Notes: generated by a model from the sequence alone, not told the origin. A stretch of 64,000 nucleotides of DNA from Spirochaetota bacterium (GCA_965208615.1 CBDBPB010000007.1:1-64000), one strand, 5' to 3'; shown: positions 42,521-53,664, counted from the first letter of the stretch. Program-made: numbers and translations.

Positions 42521-43651
42521 TTATTTAAAGGAGTTTTTAAATTTTTCATATAAAGACTTAGGTTGAGGTTCAAATTCTTCTCCTCTTAATTCAGCAAACT
42601 TCTCTAAAAGCTTTCTTTCTTCTTGGGAAAGGTTTTTAGGTATTTCTACGCTTATCTTAACATGAAGATCGCCTTCACCATATCCATGTAAATATGGAAC
42701 TCCGTTACCTCTTAGCCTAAAAATACTACCATTCTGAATACCTGGAGGAATTTTAAGTTTAATTTTTTTACCATTTAACGTAGGAACAAATATCTCAGTT
42801 CCCAAGGCGGCCTGTATCATAGAAATAGGAATCTCACAATATAGGTTGTTTTCTTCTCTTCTAAAAAACTCATGAGCTAATACATGAATGACTATATATA
42901 AGTCTCCTGAATCACCTCCAAATGTACCCCCTTCACCTTCTCTGGCTATTTTTATTTTAGTACCTGTTTCTACACCAGCAGGTATCTTAATTTGTATAGT
43001 TCTACGTTTTCTAACCTTACCATTACCATGACAAGTCTGACAAGGGTTTGTAATAACCACACCATTACCATTACAATTATGACAGGTGGATGAAAAACTA
43101 AAAAAACCTTGAGATCTAGTAACTTGTCCACTGCCACCGCATACAGAACAAGTAGTGGGAGATGTCCCATTTTTTGTTCCCATACCATTACATCGTGAGC
43201 ATAATTCATTTCGTGGTATTTCTATTTTAGTTTCTTTACCATAGGCAGCATCTTCAAAGTTTATCTCTAAATCATATCTAAGATCACTACCTCGTCTCTT
43301 TTTGTTGTGGGAAGATGAACCCCTTCTATTTCTACTACCAAAGAATCCTTCAAATAGATCTTCAAAGCCTTCAAATATATCCTCAAAGCCGCTAAATCCA
43401 CCAGATGGAAATCCACTAGTTCCACTAACACCAGCATGACCAAATTGATCATATTGGGATCGCTTTGTACTATCTCCTAATACCTCATAAGCCTCAGTAG
43501 CTTCTTTAAATTTATCTTCAGCCTCTTTATTGTTTGGATTTTTATCAGGATGATACTTAATAGCCAACTTGCGATATGCTTTTTTAATGTCATTCTGATT
43601 GGCATTATGATCAACTTCTAAAACTTCGTAATAATCTCTCTTACTTCCCAT
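42521..43651 (-). CDS. dnaJ: Chaperone DnaJ
   Basis: J domain HPD, G/F region, four CxxCxGxG repeats. Confidence 0.98.
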   Translation of the reverse strand: MGSKRDYYEVLEVDHNANQNDIKKAYRKLAIKYHPDKNPNNKEAEDKFKEATEAYEVLGDSTKRSQYDQFGHAGVSGTSGFPSGGFSGFEDIFEGFEDLFEGFFGSRNRRGSSSHNKKRRGSDLRYDLEINFEDAAYGKETKIEIPRNELCSRCNGMGTKNGTSPTTCSVCGGSGQVTRSQGFFSFSSTCHNCNGNGVVITNPCQTCHGNGKVRKRRTIQIKIPAGVETGTKIKIAREGEGGTFGGDSGDLYIVIHVLAHEFFRREENNLYCEIPISMIQAALGTEIFVPTLNGKKIKLKIPPGIQNGSIFRLRGNGVPYLHGYGEGDLHVKISVEIPKNLSQEERKLLEKFAELRGEEFEPQPKSLYEKFKNSFK

Positions 43652-43669
43652 CTAAGTTATCCTAGTTAA

Positions 43670-45607
43670 CTATTTCTTTTGTCCTTCTCCTTCATCAACG
43701 ACCTCATAGTCAGCATCTACCACATTATCATTAGCAGAAGATTTTTTATTATTAGTGTTAGCCTCTTCGCTTTGATTAGGAGTTTCCTGTTGTGCTTGCT
43801 GAGATGCAGCACCTTGTTTATAAGCCGCTTGGGACAACTTATGAGTTACTTTAGTTAGATTATCCATTGCCTGCTTAATTTGTTCAATATTCTTTGACTC
43901 TAGAGCCTTCTTTGTTTTTTCAATTTCTTTTTCTACTTCTGCTTTATCGCTATCAGAAATCTTATTACCATATTCATCAACCATTTTTTCTGCCTGATAA
44001 ATAAGGTTATCAGCATTATTAATTAGTTCAGCTTTTTCACGTTCTTTTATATCCTCTTCTGCATTAGCCTCTGCATCTTTAACCATTTTATCTATTTCAT
44101 CTTCTGTTAGTCCACTGGATGTTTCTATACGGATACTTTGTTCTTTGCCGGTACCTAGATCTTTTGCCGAAACATGAATAATACCATTAGCATCGATATC
44201 AAAAGTTACTTCAATTTGAGGAACACCTCTTTGAGCAGGTGGAATACCAACTAGTTCAAAGTTACCGATAAGCTTATTATGGATGGCTATTTCTCTTTCT
44301 CCCTGAAACACTTTAACAGACACAGCAGGTTGATTATCAGTAGCAGTAGAGAAAACCTGACTTTTTTTAGTAGGGATGGTAGTATTTCTATCAATGAGTC
44401 TGGTCATGACTCCGCCAAGGGTTTCAATACCTAATGATAGAGGAGTAACGTCTAACAACAAAATATCCTTAACGTCACCAGCCAATACACCGCCTTGGAT
44501 GGCGGCACCCATAGCGACAACCTCATCAGGATTAACTCCTTTGTGAGGCTCTTTGGCAAAAATATCTTTAACAAGGGCTTGTACAGCTGGAATACGAGTA
44601 GAGCCGCCAACTAAAATTACTTCATTAATATCAGAGGCGTTTAATCCGGCATCTCTAAGAGCGTTTTCACAAGGTATTCTTGTTTTATCTACTAAATCAC
44701 TGGTTAACTGTTCGAACTTAGAGCGAGTAAGGGTAATGTTTAGATGTTTTGGTCCTGATGAGTCAGCGGTAATAAAAGGAAGATTAATATCGCTAGATTG
44801 TGCTCCAGAAAGTTCTTTTTTAGCTTTTTCGCCTTCTTCTTTTAGTCTTTGTAATGCCATTTTATCATGACTTAAATCAATACCCTGCTCTTTTTTAAAT
44901 TCTTCAACCAGCCAGTCAATAGTTCTTTGATCAAAGTCATCACCGCCTAAATGAGTATCTCCATTAGTACTTTTTACTTCAAATACGCCGTCACCTAGTT
45001 CTAGTATGGTTATATCAAAAGTTCCACCACCGAGGTCATAAACAGCAATTTTTTCATTTTTTTTCTTATCGAGTCCATAAGCCAGAGCGGCAGCAGTAGG
45101 TTCATTTACAATTCTTTTTACTTCTAGGCCTGCAATTTTACCTGCATCTTTTGTAGCCTGACGTTGTGCATCATTAAAGTAAGCAGGTACGGTAATAACA
45201 GCTTCAGTAATTTTTTCACCTAGGTAGTCTTCAGCAGTTTGCCTCATTTTCTGCAAAATACGAGCAGATATTTCAGGGGGTGAATAGTCTCCATCTTTAA
45301 CGGATATTCTTACATCGTTGTTTGGGCCTTGGGTTATTTTATACGCTACAGTTTTTCTTTCATTTTGAACTTCAGCAAATCTACGCCCCATAAACCGCTT
45401 AATAGACCTAATTGTATTTTCTGGATTAGTAATCACTTGATTTTTAGCAGTTTGTCCAACAAGCTTTTCTCCTTTTGGAGTAAAAGCAACAACTGAAGGA
45501 GTTGTTCTTGAGCCTTCAGAGTTAGCAATAACAACAGCATCACCACCTTCCATTACTGCTACACATGAGTTAGTTGTTCCTAAATCTATTCCAATTATTT
45601 TACCCAT
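43670..45607 (-). CDS. dnaK: Chaperone DnaK
   Basis: [33 protein letters not shown]. Confidence 0.99.
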   Translation of the reverse strand: MGKIIGIDLGTTNSCVAVMEGGDAVVIANSEGSRTTPSVVAFTPKGEKLVGQTAKNQVITNPENTIRSIKRFMGRRFAEVQNERKTVAYKITQGPNNDVRISVKDGDYSPPEISARILQKMRQTAEDYLGEKITEAVITVPAYFNDAQRQATKDAGKIAGLEVKRIVNEPTAAALAYGLDKKKNEKIAVYDLGGGTFDITILELGDGVFEVKSTNGDTHLGGDDFDQRTIDWLVEEFKKEQGIDLSHDKMALQRLKEEGEKAKKELSGAQSSDINLPFITADSSGPKHLNITLTRSKFEQLTSDLVDKTRIPCENALRDAGLNASDINEVILVGGSTRIPAVQALVKDIFAKEPHKGVNPDEVVAMGAAIQGGVLAGDVKDILLLDVTPLSLGIETLGGVMTRLIDRNTTIPTKKSQVFSTATDNQPAVSVKVFQGEREIAIHNKLIGNFELVGIPPAQRGVPQIEVTFDIDANGIIHVSAKDLGTGKEQSIRIETSSGLTEDEIDKMVKDAEANAEEDIKEREKAELINNADNLIYQAEKMVDEYGNKISDSDKAEVEKEIEKTKKALESKNIEQIKQAMDNLTKVTHKLSQAAYKQGAASQQAQQETPNQSEEANTNNKKSSANDNVVDADYEVVDEGEGQKK

Positions 45608-45642
45608 TCCGATTACTCCTTAAATATCAAGAAATTATTTAG

Positions 45643-46503
45643 TTATTTTTTTAACTTTTTAAAAAGCTCTAAAGCTTTATTTTTATCATTTTCGTTAATA
45701 TCCTTTTTAAGGACATATTCTTCATCTACCTTATTATATAGGTTTTCGATAAAGTTATGGTCATCAGGATTATCTATATACTTAGTAATTTCGGAGTTAA
45801 ACTTTTCTACGCTAATAGAGTTAGGTATATTTAGTTTATTATTTTCATCATCATCAGTCTTATTACCATCAAGATACTGACCCTTTGCGACTACTACTTT
45901 AGCATGACGAATTACTTTATTTCCCAGCAAATATCCTTTTTGCCATTGAAAGATAACGGTATCTACATTAAAGTTTTTTTTACTTTCATCGATTTGCAAT
46001 GCCTCGTGAAAGTTAGGATCAAACTCAGTATCTACAGCCTCAATTTCTTTTACGCCATAGACTTCGAGAAGTTTTTTAAGTTGTTTTTCAATTAGGATTA
46101 TACCGTCTCTAATTGTGGAGGCCTCATCTTGATCATTAGATGAGTGAATTGCCTTTTCTATATTATCTATAATTGGTAATAGTTCTTCAATAATTTTTTG
46201 ATTAGCAAGCAGTTGAAAGTCGTTACGTTCTTTAGTAGTTCTTTTTTTATAGTTTTCGAATTCAGCTTGTTTTCTTTTGATAATTGATTCATATTCGCCA
46301 ACAGTTTTTTCAAGGGTACTTATTACATCTTGATTTTCTTTAAGTTGTTGGTGTATTACAGTTAAGTCTTCAACGCGACCGTTTTCTATTTGTTTATCTA
46401 TGGAATTTTTATTTATGAAGTTATCAGTATTATTTTTATAGTTAGCAGTTTTATTATTTAAGTTTTCTTTTTTAGAATTGCTCATATTATTATCTAAAGT
46501 CAC
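45643..46503 (-). CDS. grpE: Nucleotide exchange factor GrpE with C-terminal extension
   Basis: AEFENYKKR, LLPIIDNIE, FDPNFHEA, KGYLLGNKVIRHAKVVV; upstream of dnaK. Confidence 0.93.
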   Translation of the reverse strand: MTLDNNMSNSKKENLNNKTANYKNNTDNFINKNSIDKQIENGRVEDLTVIHQQLKENQDVISTLEKTVGEYESIIKRKQAEFENYKKRTTKERNDFQLLANQKIIEELLPIIDNIEKAIHSSNDQDEASTIRDGIILIEKQLKKLLEVYGVKEIEAVDTEFDPNFHEALQIDESKKNFNVDTVIFQWQKGYLLGNKVIRHAKVVVAKGQYLDGNKTDDDENNKLNIPNSISVEKFNSEITKYIDNPDDHNFIENLYNKVDEEYVLKKDINENDKNKALELFKKLKK

Positions 46504-46841
46504 TTTTCATAATACCTTTATATTTATAAAATAGTTTATCTATTTATTGGTTTATAATTATGTTGAATAAATTATTTTCCAAAGCTATATTGATAAACAT
46601 GAATGCACTAAACTATAATACAACTTTATAGTAGACAAATCGTTAGCAATCAATTTGATTATTTAATAAACAAAATTAATAATAAGATTTTTTATACTCG
46701 TCAATAGGGCATTATTATTTTTATATTTTGCTTTAGTACTAATATTGCTATGAAGGCTTTTAGCAGGTTATTATAAAAAGGTTCTATATTAGTCAATTGT
46801 TTTTATAGGTATGAGCTATTCTATTATTTTTAATTCGCGTA

Positions 46842-47022
46842 GAAATTTACATATAAAGTCAACATATAATATTTAAATAATCAGCTCTATACCTTTATAG
46901 AACTGCAAATCCCTTAACACTTAAACAAAAATAAATATACCTACTCGTCTGACTAAACCTCTGAACGTATATGTCTTACCCTTTACGCTCTATCCTTTAT
47001 CATAAAATGATAAATAAATTAT
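46842..47022 (-). repeat. Internally deleted remnant of the dispersed repeat (copy 4)
   Basis: TTTACATATAAAGTCAACAT...GAACTGCAAATCC matches ~30293-30370; TATATGTCTTACC...CATAAAATGATAA matches ~30593-30640. Confidence 0.8.
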
Positions 47023-47189
47023 CACATATTATGTCTACCTTATTAAATAAATTTAAGTGTTTTTTTTTAGCTGTACTTTCCCATGAGATTGATTGCCTTA
47101 GTAGTAGATTTATTTTTAAATTATATAGTTATATATGGGCTATTCTCTTAGAGCTTAACATTCTAAACTAAAAAACGATAGAGGGAATC

Positions 47190-47945
47190 ATGAAAAAAAA
47201 TATTCTTTATTTTACTAACTTTAGTTTTATTAATAGGACAAATACAATATGGATTCTTTATAAAAACTCAAAAAAATGGAGTCTTTGTAAAAGCTTTAAA
47301 AAAAGGCGAAACTCGTACTACTAAAGATGGAAAATCCTGGAATACTGCCTTTAGAGATCTGCAAATGGCTATTAATAAAGCCTCGGAAAAGTTTGACTAT
47401 AGTAAAAGACCTGTTAAGGTATATATAGCAAAAGGGGTTTATAAACCTACTATTCATCCAAATGGTGGCACAGGTGAACGTTATAAGCATTTTTAACTAA
47501 AGAATGGCGTAGAGGTTATTGGGGGCTATCCTGGTCTAAGTATTGGTGAGTCTAATAATCCTAATGACCATAAAACCATTCTAAGCGGTGATATTGGAAC
47601 AGAGAATAGTTATAATGATAACGCCTATCATGTTTTTTATCATCCTAATATAGCTAACCTAAATAACTCAGCAAAGTTAGTAGGGGTTACTATTACCAAA
47701 GGTAATGCTCATTTAATAAATGTGACTTTTGAGAATAATACGGCCATTGTTGGAAGGGGCATGTATAATTCTAAAAGCTCTCCCACTTTAGATAATACGG
47801 TGATTTTAAGAATAACATTGTTGGTCTTGGATATTTTCCTGATCCAAGAATAATAGGCAAACCAACTTGTGGAACAGGTTCTGAAATTAATAAAAAGGTT
47901 GTCAAAGTGGCTAATACATATAAACTTGTAAAGTCAGGCCCATAA
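47190..47945 (+). pseudogene. Secreted right-handed beta-helix (pectin-lyase-like fold) protein pseudogene
   Basis: Manual translation: MKKIFFILL (needs A7 instead of A8), DGKSWNTAFRDLQMAI, IAKGVYKP, stop at 47494-47496, GVEVIGGYPG, TILSGDIG, DNAYHV, GMYNSKSSPTL; 3' end approximate. Confidence 0.78.
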
Positions 47946-48024
47946 ATATATTTATCTTTGTTATAAAATTAAGGGGAGCATTGTTAATAATTGTTCTAAT
48001 AGTTATAGATCAAACTAAGCTAAC

Positions 48025-49237
48025 TTATAGTCTGATAATAAGTTCAAGGGTGCTTCCTTTCTTTGGAGTCGAGTAAATATTTACATTACCCTTAATTTCT
48101 TTAATACGATAATTAATATTATTAATGCCCTTACCCTCACTAATCTTATTTTTATCAAAACCTATACCATTATCTGAAATGGTGATATAAATACTGTTAT
48201 CCTTAGTAGTACAATTTATGCCAACCTTAGTGGCACTAGAGTGCTTTATTACGTTTGTTAACCACTCTATAATTACTTTATAAATGTTGAACTTGCTTTT
48301 TGCTGGTAAACTGTTTACAATATCATCCGGACAAAAATATTGAAGGCTAATTCCTTTCATATCCAATAGTTCTTTACTGGATTTTAATAAATATTGTGCA
48401 AAATCACCTATAAAATTACTATCCTCCATTATTGAGTGAATAGACTCCCTCATTTTTATAAGGGCATCTCTTGCTAAACTTTCAAGAAGATCCAAAGTTT
48501 CTTCAGTCTTATCGATATTTTTATGTAATAAATCCTTAGCAACCTCTACATATAGTATAGTACCAGTAAGATAAGAACCTAGTGTATCATGTAGTTCTCT
48601 GGATATTCTTTCACGATCCCTAATAATATTTACCTCACCTAACTTTCTTACTAACTTAAGATTATTTTCTGTAATCATTAGTTCGTTTTTTCTTAATCTA
48701 CACTGATAATGGTATAATATTGCAAAAACTATACCAATAAAAAAAACCAAAGGATTTATGAAAAAGAGAAAATCGCATTTCAGGAGTTATTAGGTATAAT
48801 ATAGAGATAGTCCAGGGTAACAGCAGGAATAACAAAAAGAAAAATAAAGAAAACTTACTAAGCTGAGAAATTAAAACTAATAAAATTAAATATGATAACC
48901 ACCAGCCATTCCTGGGATCCTTAGAAAAGTAAATAACAATTGCCATAACAATGCAAATTATAGTCTTGCTCATAAAATTAAAGGTTCTGAATACCTTAGA
49001 GTCAAAGCCGTATTTTTTGTATGTGATTGCTGTTATTATAAGACAAATCTGGAATAAAACAATTCCGGGTATCAAAATGTTTGGCGTTACCTTAAGAAGG
49101 TCGATAGTTATATCAAAGGTTGATATTATTATTAGCAGTATACTAATTGCAAATATAAGAATAACGCCTTTGGATAGTCTAAGAGCTTCGTAGCTGTCTT
49201 TATAAAGGACTAAACCGGTAAATAAATTTAACTTCAT
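48025..49237 (-). pseudogene. Membrane sensor histidine kinase (HisKA_3/NarX-like) split by a frameshift
   Basis: TM half 48698..49237 and kinase half with RERISRELHD, EWLTNVIKHS, DNGIGF, GKGINNI; T8 to T7 at 48739-48746 joins them. Confidence 0.82.
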
Positions 49238-49677
49238 ATTCCAGTACTTCCAAAACCACCATTATCCCTTAAACTGGTGGTTAGCGTTATAGTAGTTTTT
49301 ATTTGTGCAGAACTAACCTTATTTATTACCATTTGTGCAATACGACTTTTGGGAGTAATAATAAAATCCTTTTCGCCGAAGTTAATAAGTATTACCTTAA
49401 CTTCACCTCTATAGTCGCTGTCAATAGTTCCAGGAGTATTGAGTACAGTAATTCCGTATTTTAGAGCTAATCCACTTCTTGGTCTTATTTGTGCTTCATA
49501 TCCAATGGGTATGCTCATGGCAAACCCTGTTGGGATTAATGTTCTCTTCATTGGAGATAATACAATATCTCCTTTTATGCAGGCGTATAAATCCATGCCA
49601 CTGGCACCTTCAGACTCATACGATGGACTAACAAAATATTTGGATACTGGTTTTATGTTTATATTAACTTTATCCAT
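49234..49677 (-). CDS. dut: dUTP diphosphatase
   Basis: ASGMDL, QIRPRSGLA, PGTIDSDYRGE, RIAQ, GGFGSTG. Confidence 0.97.
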   Translation of the reverse strand: MDKVNINIKPVSKYFVSPSYESEGASGMDLYACIKGDIVLSPMKRTLIPTGFAMSIPIGYEAQIRPRSGLALKYGITVLNTPGTIDSDYRGEVKVILINFGEKDFIITPKSRIAQMVINKVSSAQIKTTITLTTSLRDNGGFGSTGI

Positions 49678-50022
49678 TTTAGTTTACTTTTACTACTTTT
49701 ATATAAATGCTGTAAACAGATTCGGAGATAAAACAAAATACCATATATCTTTTTAAAATACTGCTTTTTATTTTATGTACTTTAGCATTATAACTAACTT
49801 ACTATTCCATGCAATAAACCAAGCGACTAACTTTATTATATATTTAGGTTTAAGTTAGCATTAACTTAATTGCAAGTTAAACATAATACCTTTTTATTAT
49901 GATACTTTTAACAAAGTTATAGCATTTTTAATTAAGTTATTAAATATAAATAGCAACTTTTATTTATTTGAAAATTATAGCAATTTGTATTATAGTTAAA
50001 TTATATAACAATAAATTTTGAG

Positions 50023-50343
50023 GTGCTTTTTATGGCTAAATTATTACTAGCTAACTTAGTATTTCTTGTTAGCGTGTTTATAATAAGTTATAGCTTGGCG
50101 AATAATATTTATAGCGATAGTAAAAAACAGTATAGTAAAACAAAAAATAAAGTTATTAATAAAAATAAAAAAACTAATAAAAAAACTAATAGATGTTATA
50201 AATGTTCCGGGGTTAATTATGTTTGTTATAAAGCTAAGGATACCTTCTTAAAGCGTCAAAAGGCCGCTAAACTTTGTAAAACTAGAATAAATCCACGATC
50301 CTTTTATTGTACTAGTAAACAGTGTGATAAGTGGATAAAATAA
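50023..50343 (+). CDS. Small cationic secreted protein with six C-terminal cysteines
   Basis: Signal-like N-terminus, K/N-rich spacer, CYKC...C...C...C...C; start may be the ATG at 50032. Confidence 0.65.
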   Translation: MLFMAKLLLANLVFLVSVFIISYSLANNIYSDSKKQYSKTKNKVINKNKKTNKKTNRCYKCSGVNYVCYKAKDTFLKRQKAAKLCKTRINPRSFYCTSKQCDKWIK

Positions 50344-50453
50344 TATTTTTTTTTAATGTTATTAACAAAGCATTAACAAAAATTATAAATCCTTTTAGGA
50401 AGGTTCTATTTTCAAATAGGCGAATCTTTATATATAATTTATAACTTTAAAGA

Positions 50454-50481
50454 TTGACATCTTTATTAAAAAAGTTATTCT
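50454..50481 (+). promoter_or_regulatory. Candidate sigma70 promoter for the VKOR-DsbA gene
   Basis: TTGACA-N16-TATTCT, then AGGAG RBS before ATG 50518; chance match possible in AT-rich DNA. Confidence 0.4.
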
Positions 50482-50517
50482 TAAATTAATTGATTGACTA
50501 ATGAATAGGAGTTTTAA

Positions 50518-53500
50518 ATGAGTAAAAAATTATATTATATAATTTCTTTAGCGGCAATTATCCTAGGGTTATCTTCATCTGTATTACTTTCCTATACATA
50601 TTTTAAGGGGTATAACACTATTATATCTCTATTTTGTTCAGATTCCGGTTATCTTGACTGTTCTAGTGTTATTAGTGGTAAATACTCTAGTATTTTTGGG
50701 CTGCCTATATCAGTATTGGGAGTTTGGTTATATATTATGGCGGCTTTGTATTTGATATTCCCTTTAATGAATAATGATAAGAAAAACTATTTATACGGCT
50801 TATTATTTTGGATGCTTATATTAGCTAATATTGCTAACTTGGCTTTATTATTGGTCTCTATTTTTGAAAAGAATAGTCTATGTACATTTTGCGTAATACA
50901 TTATATAAGTACCCTCATGCTAACTTTTGCTGTTTTACGCAATGACTTTAAAAATAAAGTTATAAAAGAGAGCAAAAGCTATTTTAAGTCTTTATGGTCT
51001 AATAGGTTATATAAAAAAGATGTAATAACCTTTGTTATAGTTGGCTTATTTATGCTTTCTAGTTTGTTTCTATTTTCTCAAAGTACACTAAATAGTTGGA
51101 CAAAGTTAAAATTCGAATCTAGCTTTTTTAAACAAAAAATACTTGACTTTGATGCAAAAAATGTCCCGTTTATTGGGGATAGTAATGCTCCTGCTAAGTT
51201 TTTAGTATTTCATGACTATCAATGTGGAGTCTGTTTGAATAGCTATTATGAGTTTAAGGCTCTTGCGAAGGAATATCCAAAATTAGTAAAGGTACAATAT
51301 ATTAACTTTCCTTTTTTTAGTAGTTCAAGAAAGTCCAAGTTTGACTCCAATAAGCTATCCCAATATTCTTTAGTCGCACATAAGTTTGGTAAGTATTTTG
51401 AGTTTACTGAGTTAATTTATGAGAGCCTACAAAAAAAGATATATATTGACCTTAATCGCATAAAGGAGATATTTAAAAAGTTAAATATAACTAAGCCCTT
51501 TAGCGAAATAGAAAAGATTGCTAATGAGTCATCCGCTGAAATAGATAGACAAAAAGCTTTTGCTAAAAAAGTTGGTGTAAGAGGTACTCCTACTATTTTG
51601 TTTAATGGTAGAGTAATACCCTCAGGACATAACAAACGTTTTATAGATAAACTAATTGAGGTTACTAAGCTCTCAGTTAAGACTGGTAAAAGAATAGAAG
51701 ATCTTGTTGATTTGAGTACACCTTCTGTTAAGCCTAAGCCTGCTAGTAGTAAGCTAATAAGTTATTTTAGAAAGCCTGTTTTTAACTTTGATGCAAAGGA
51801 TGCCCCGTTTATTGGTGTTAAGGATGCTCCTGTTAAGTTTTTAGTATTTCACGATTATCAATGTGGATTTTGTTTACGTAGCTATTATGAGTTTAAGGCT
51901 CTTGCGAAGGAATATCCAAAATTAGTAAAGGTACAATATATTAACTTTCCTTTTTTTGGTGCTACAAAGAAGTCCAAGCTTGTATCTAATGAGTTGGCTA
52001 AATATTCCTTAGCTGCACATAAGTTTGGTAAGTATTTTGAGTTTACTGAGTTAATTTATGAGAGTATAAAGAATAATGTACCGATTGACCTTAACCAAAT
52101 AAAAGCTATTTTTAAAAAGTTAAATATAACTAAGCCCTTTAGTCAGATAGAAAAGATTGCTAATGAGTCATCCGCTGAGATAGATAGACAAAAAGCTTTT
52201 GCTAAAAAAGTTGGTGTAAGAGGTACTCCTACTATTTTGCTAAATGGCAGGGTAGCTGGTTCAGGGCATGACAGTAAGCTTATAAGTGAATTCATTGAGG
52301 TTACTAAGCTCTCAATTAAGACTGGTAAAAAAATAGAGGATCTTGTTGATTTAAGTGTACCTCCTGTTAAGCCTAAGCCTGCTGAGAATAAGCTAGCAAG
52401 TTATTTTAAACAGCCTGTTTTTAACTTTGATGCAAAGGATGCCCCGTTTATTGGTGTTAAGGATGCCCCTGTTAAGTTTTTAGTATTTCACGATTATCAA
52501 TGTGGATTTTGTTTACGTAGCTATTATGAGTTTAAGGCTCTTGCGAAGGAATATCCAAAATTAGTAAAGGTACAATATATTAACTTTCCTTTTTTTGGTG
52601 CTACAAGGAAGTCCAAGCTTGTATCTAATGAGTTAGCTAAATATTCCTTAGCTGCACATAAGTTTGGTAAGTATTTTGAGTTTACTGAGTTAATTTATGA
52701 GAGTATAAAGAATAATGTACCGATTGACCTTAACCAAATAAAAGCTATTTTTAAAAAGTTAAATATAACTAAACCCTTTAGTCAGATAGAAAAGATTGCT
52801 AATGAGTCATCCGCTGAGATAGATAGACAAAAAGCTTTTGCTAAAAAAGTTGGTGTAAATGGTACTCCTACTATTTTGTTAAATGGCAGGATAGCTGGTT
52901 CAGGTCATGACGGCAAGCTTATTGGTAAACTAATTGACCTTACTAAACTCTCGATTAAGACTGGTAAAAAAATAGAGGATCTTGTTGATTTGAGTGCACC
53001 TTCTGTTAAGCCTAAGCCTGCTGAGAATAAGCTAGTAAGTTATTTTAAACAGCCTGTTTTTAACTTTGATGCAAAGGATGCCCCGTTTATTGGTGTTAAG
53101 GATGCCCCTGTTAAGTTTTTAGTATTTCACGATTATCAATGTGGATTTTGTTTACGTAGCTATTATGAGTTTAAGGCTCTTGCGAAGGAATATCCAAAAT
53201 TAGTAAAGGTACAATATATTAACTTTCCTTTTTTTGGTGCTACAAGGAAGTCCAAGCTTGTATCTAATGAGTTAGCTAAATATTCCTTAGCTGCACATAA
53301 GTTTGGTAAGTATTTTGAGTTTACTGAGTTAATTTATGAGAGTATAAAGAATAATGTACTGATTGACCTTAACCAAATAAAAGCTATTTTTAAAAAGTTA
53401 AATATAACTAAACCCTTTAGTCGGATAGAAAAGATTGCTAATGAGTCATCCGCTGAGATAGATAGACAAAAAGCTTTTGCTAAAAAAGTTGGTGTAAGAG

Positions 53501-53640
53501 GTACTCCTACTATTTTGTTAAATGGCAGGATAGCTGGTTCAGGTCATGACGGTAAGCTTATTGGTAAACTAATTGACCTTACTAAACTCTCGATTAAGAC
53601 TGGTAAAAAAGTAGAGGATCTTATAAAAGCTGGAAACTAA
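50518..53640 (+). CDS. VKOR domain fused to four tandem DsbA-like thioredoxin domains
   Basis: VKOR: FC..LDCSSV..YSSIFGLPISVLG and CTFC; four domains with DYQCG(V/F)C and G(V)xGTP. Confidence 0.9.
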   Translation: MSKKLYYIISLAAIILGLSSSVLLSYTYFKGYNTIISLFCSDSGYLDCSSVISGKYSSIFGLPISVLGVWLYIMAALYLIFPLMNNDKKNYLYGLLFWMLILANIANLALLLVSIFEKNSLCTFCVIHYISTLMLTFAVLRNDFKNKVIKESKSYFKSLWSNRLYKKDVITFVIVGLFMLSSLFLFSQSTLNSWTKLKFESSFFKQKILDFDAKNVPFIGDSNAPAKFLVFHDYQCGVCLNSYYEFKALAKEYPKLVKVQYINFPFFSSSRKSKFDSNKLSQYSLVAHKFGKYFEFTELIYESLQKKIYIDLNRIKEIFKKLNITKPFSEIEKIANESSAEIDRQKAFAKKVGVRGTPTILFNGRVIPSGHNKRFIDKLIEVTKLSVKTGKRIEDLVDLSTPSVKPKPASSKLISYFRKPVFNFDAKDAPFIGVKDAPVKFLVFHDYQCGFCLRSYYEFKALAKEYPKLVKVQYINFPFFGATKKSKLVSNELAKYSLAAHKFGKYFEFTELIYESIKNNVPIDLNQIKAIFKKLNITKPFSQIEKIANESSAEIDRQKAFAKKVGVRGTPTILLNGRVAGSGHDSKLISEFIEVTKLSIKTGKKIEDLVDLSVPPVKPKPAENKLASYFKQPVFNFDAKDAPFIGVKDAPVKFLVFHDYQCGFCLRSYYEFKALAKEYPKLVKVQYINFPFFGATRKSKLVSNELAKYSLAAHKFGKYFEFTELIYESIKNNVPIDLNQIKAIFKKLNITKPFSQIEKIANESSAEIDRQKAFAKKVGVNGTPTILLNGRIAGSGHDGKLIGKLIDLTKLSIKTGKKIEDLVDLSAPSVKPKPAENKLVSYFKQPVFNFDAKDAPFIGVKDAPVKFLVFHDYQCGFCLRSYYEFKALAKEYPKLVKVQYINFPFFGATRKSKLVSNELAKYSLAAHKFGKYFEFTELIYESIKNNVLIDLNQIKAIFKKLNITKPFSRIEKIANESSAEIDRQKAFAKKVGVRGTPTILLNGRIAGSGHDGKLIGKLIDLTKLSIKTGKKVEDLIKAGN
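51121..53630 (+). repeat. 4 x 639-bp intragenic repeat
   Basis: DYQC codons at 51214, 51853, 52492 and 53131; units 2-4 nearly identical. Confidence 0.95.
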
Positions 53641-53664
53641 GTATTTATTAACAAGCACTTTAAA

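Noticed and set aside
46643-46669. CIRCE operator upstream of grpE
   Set aside because: Only a half-site-like TTAGCAATC; no matching GAGTGCTAA arm 9 nt away
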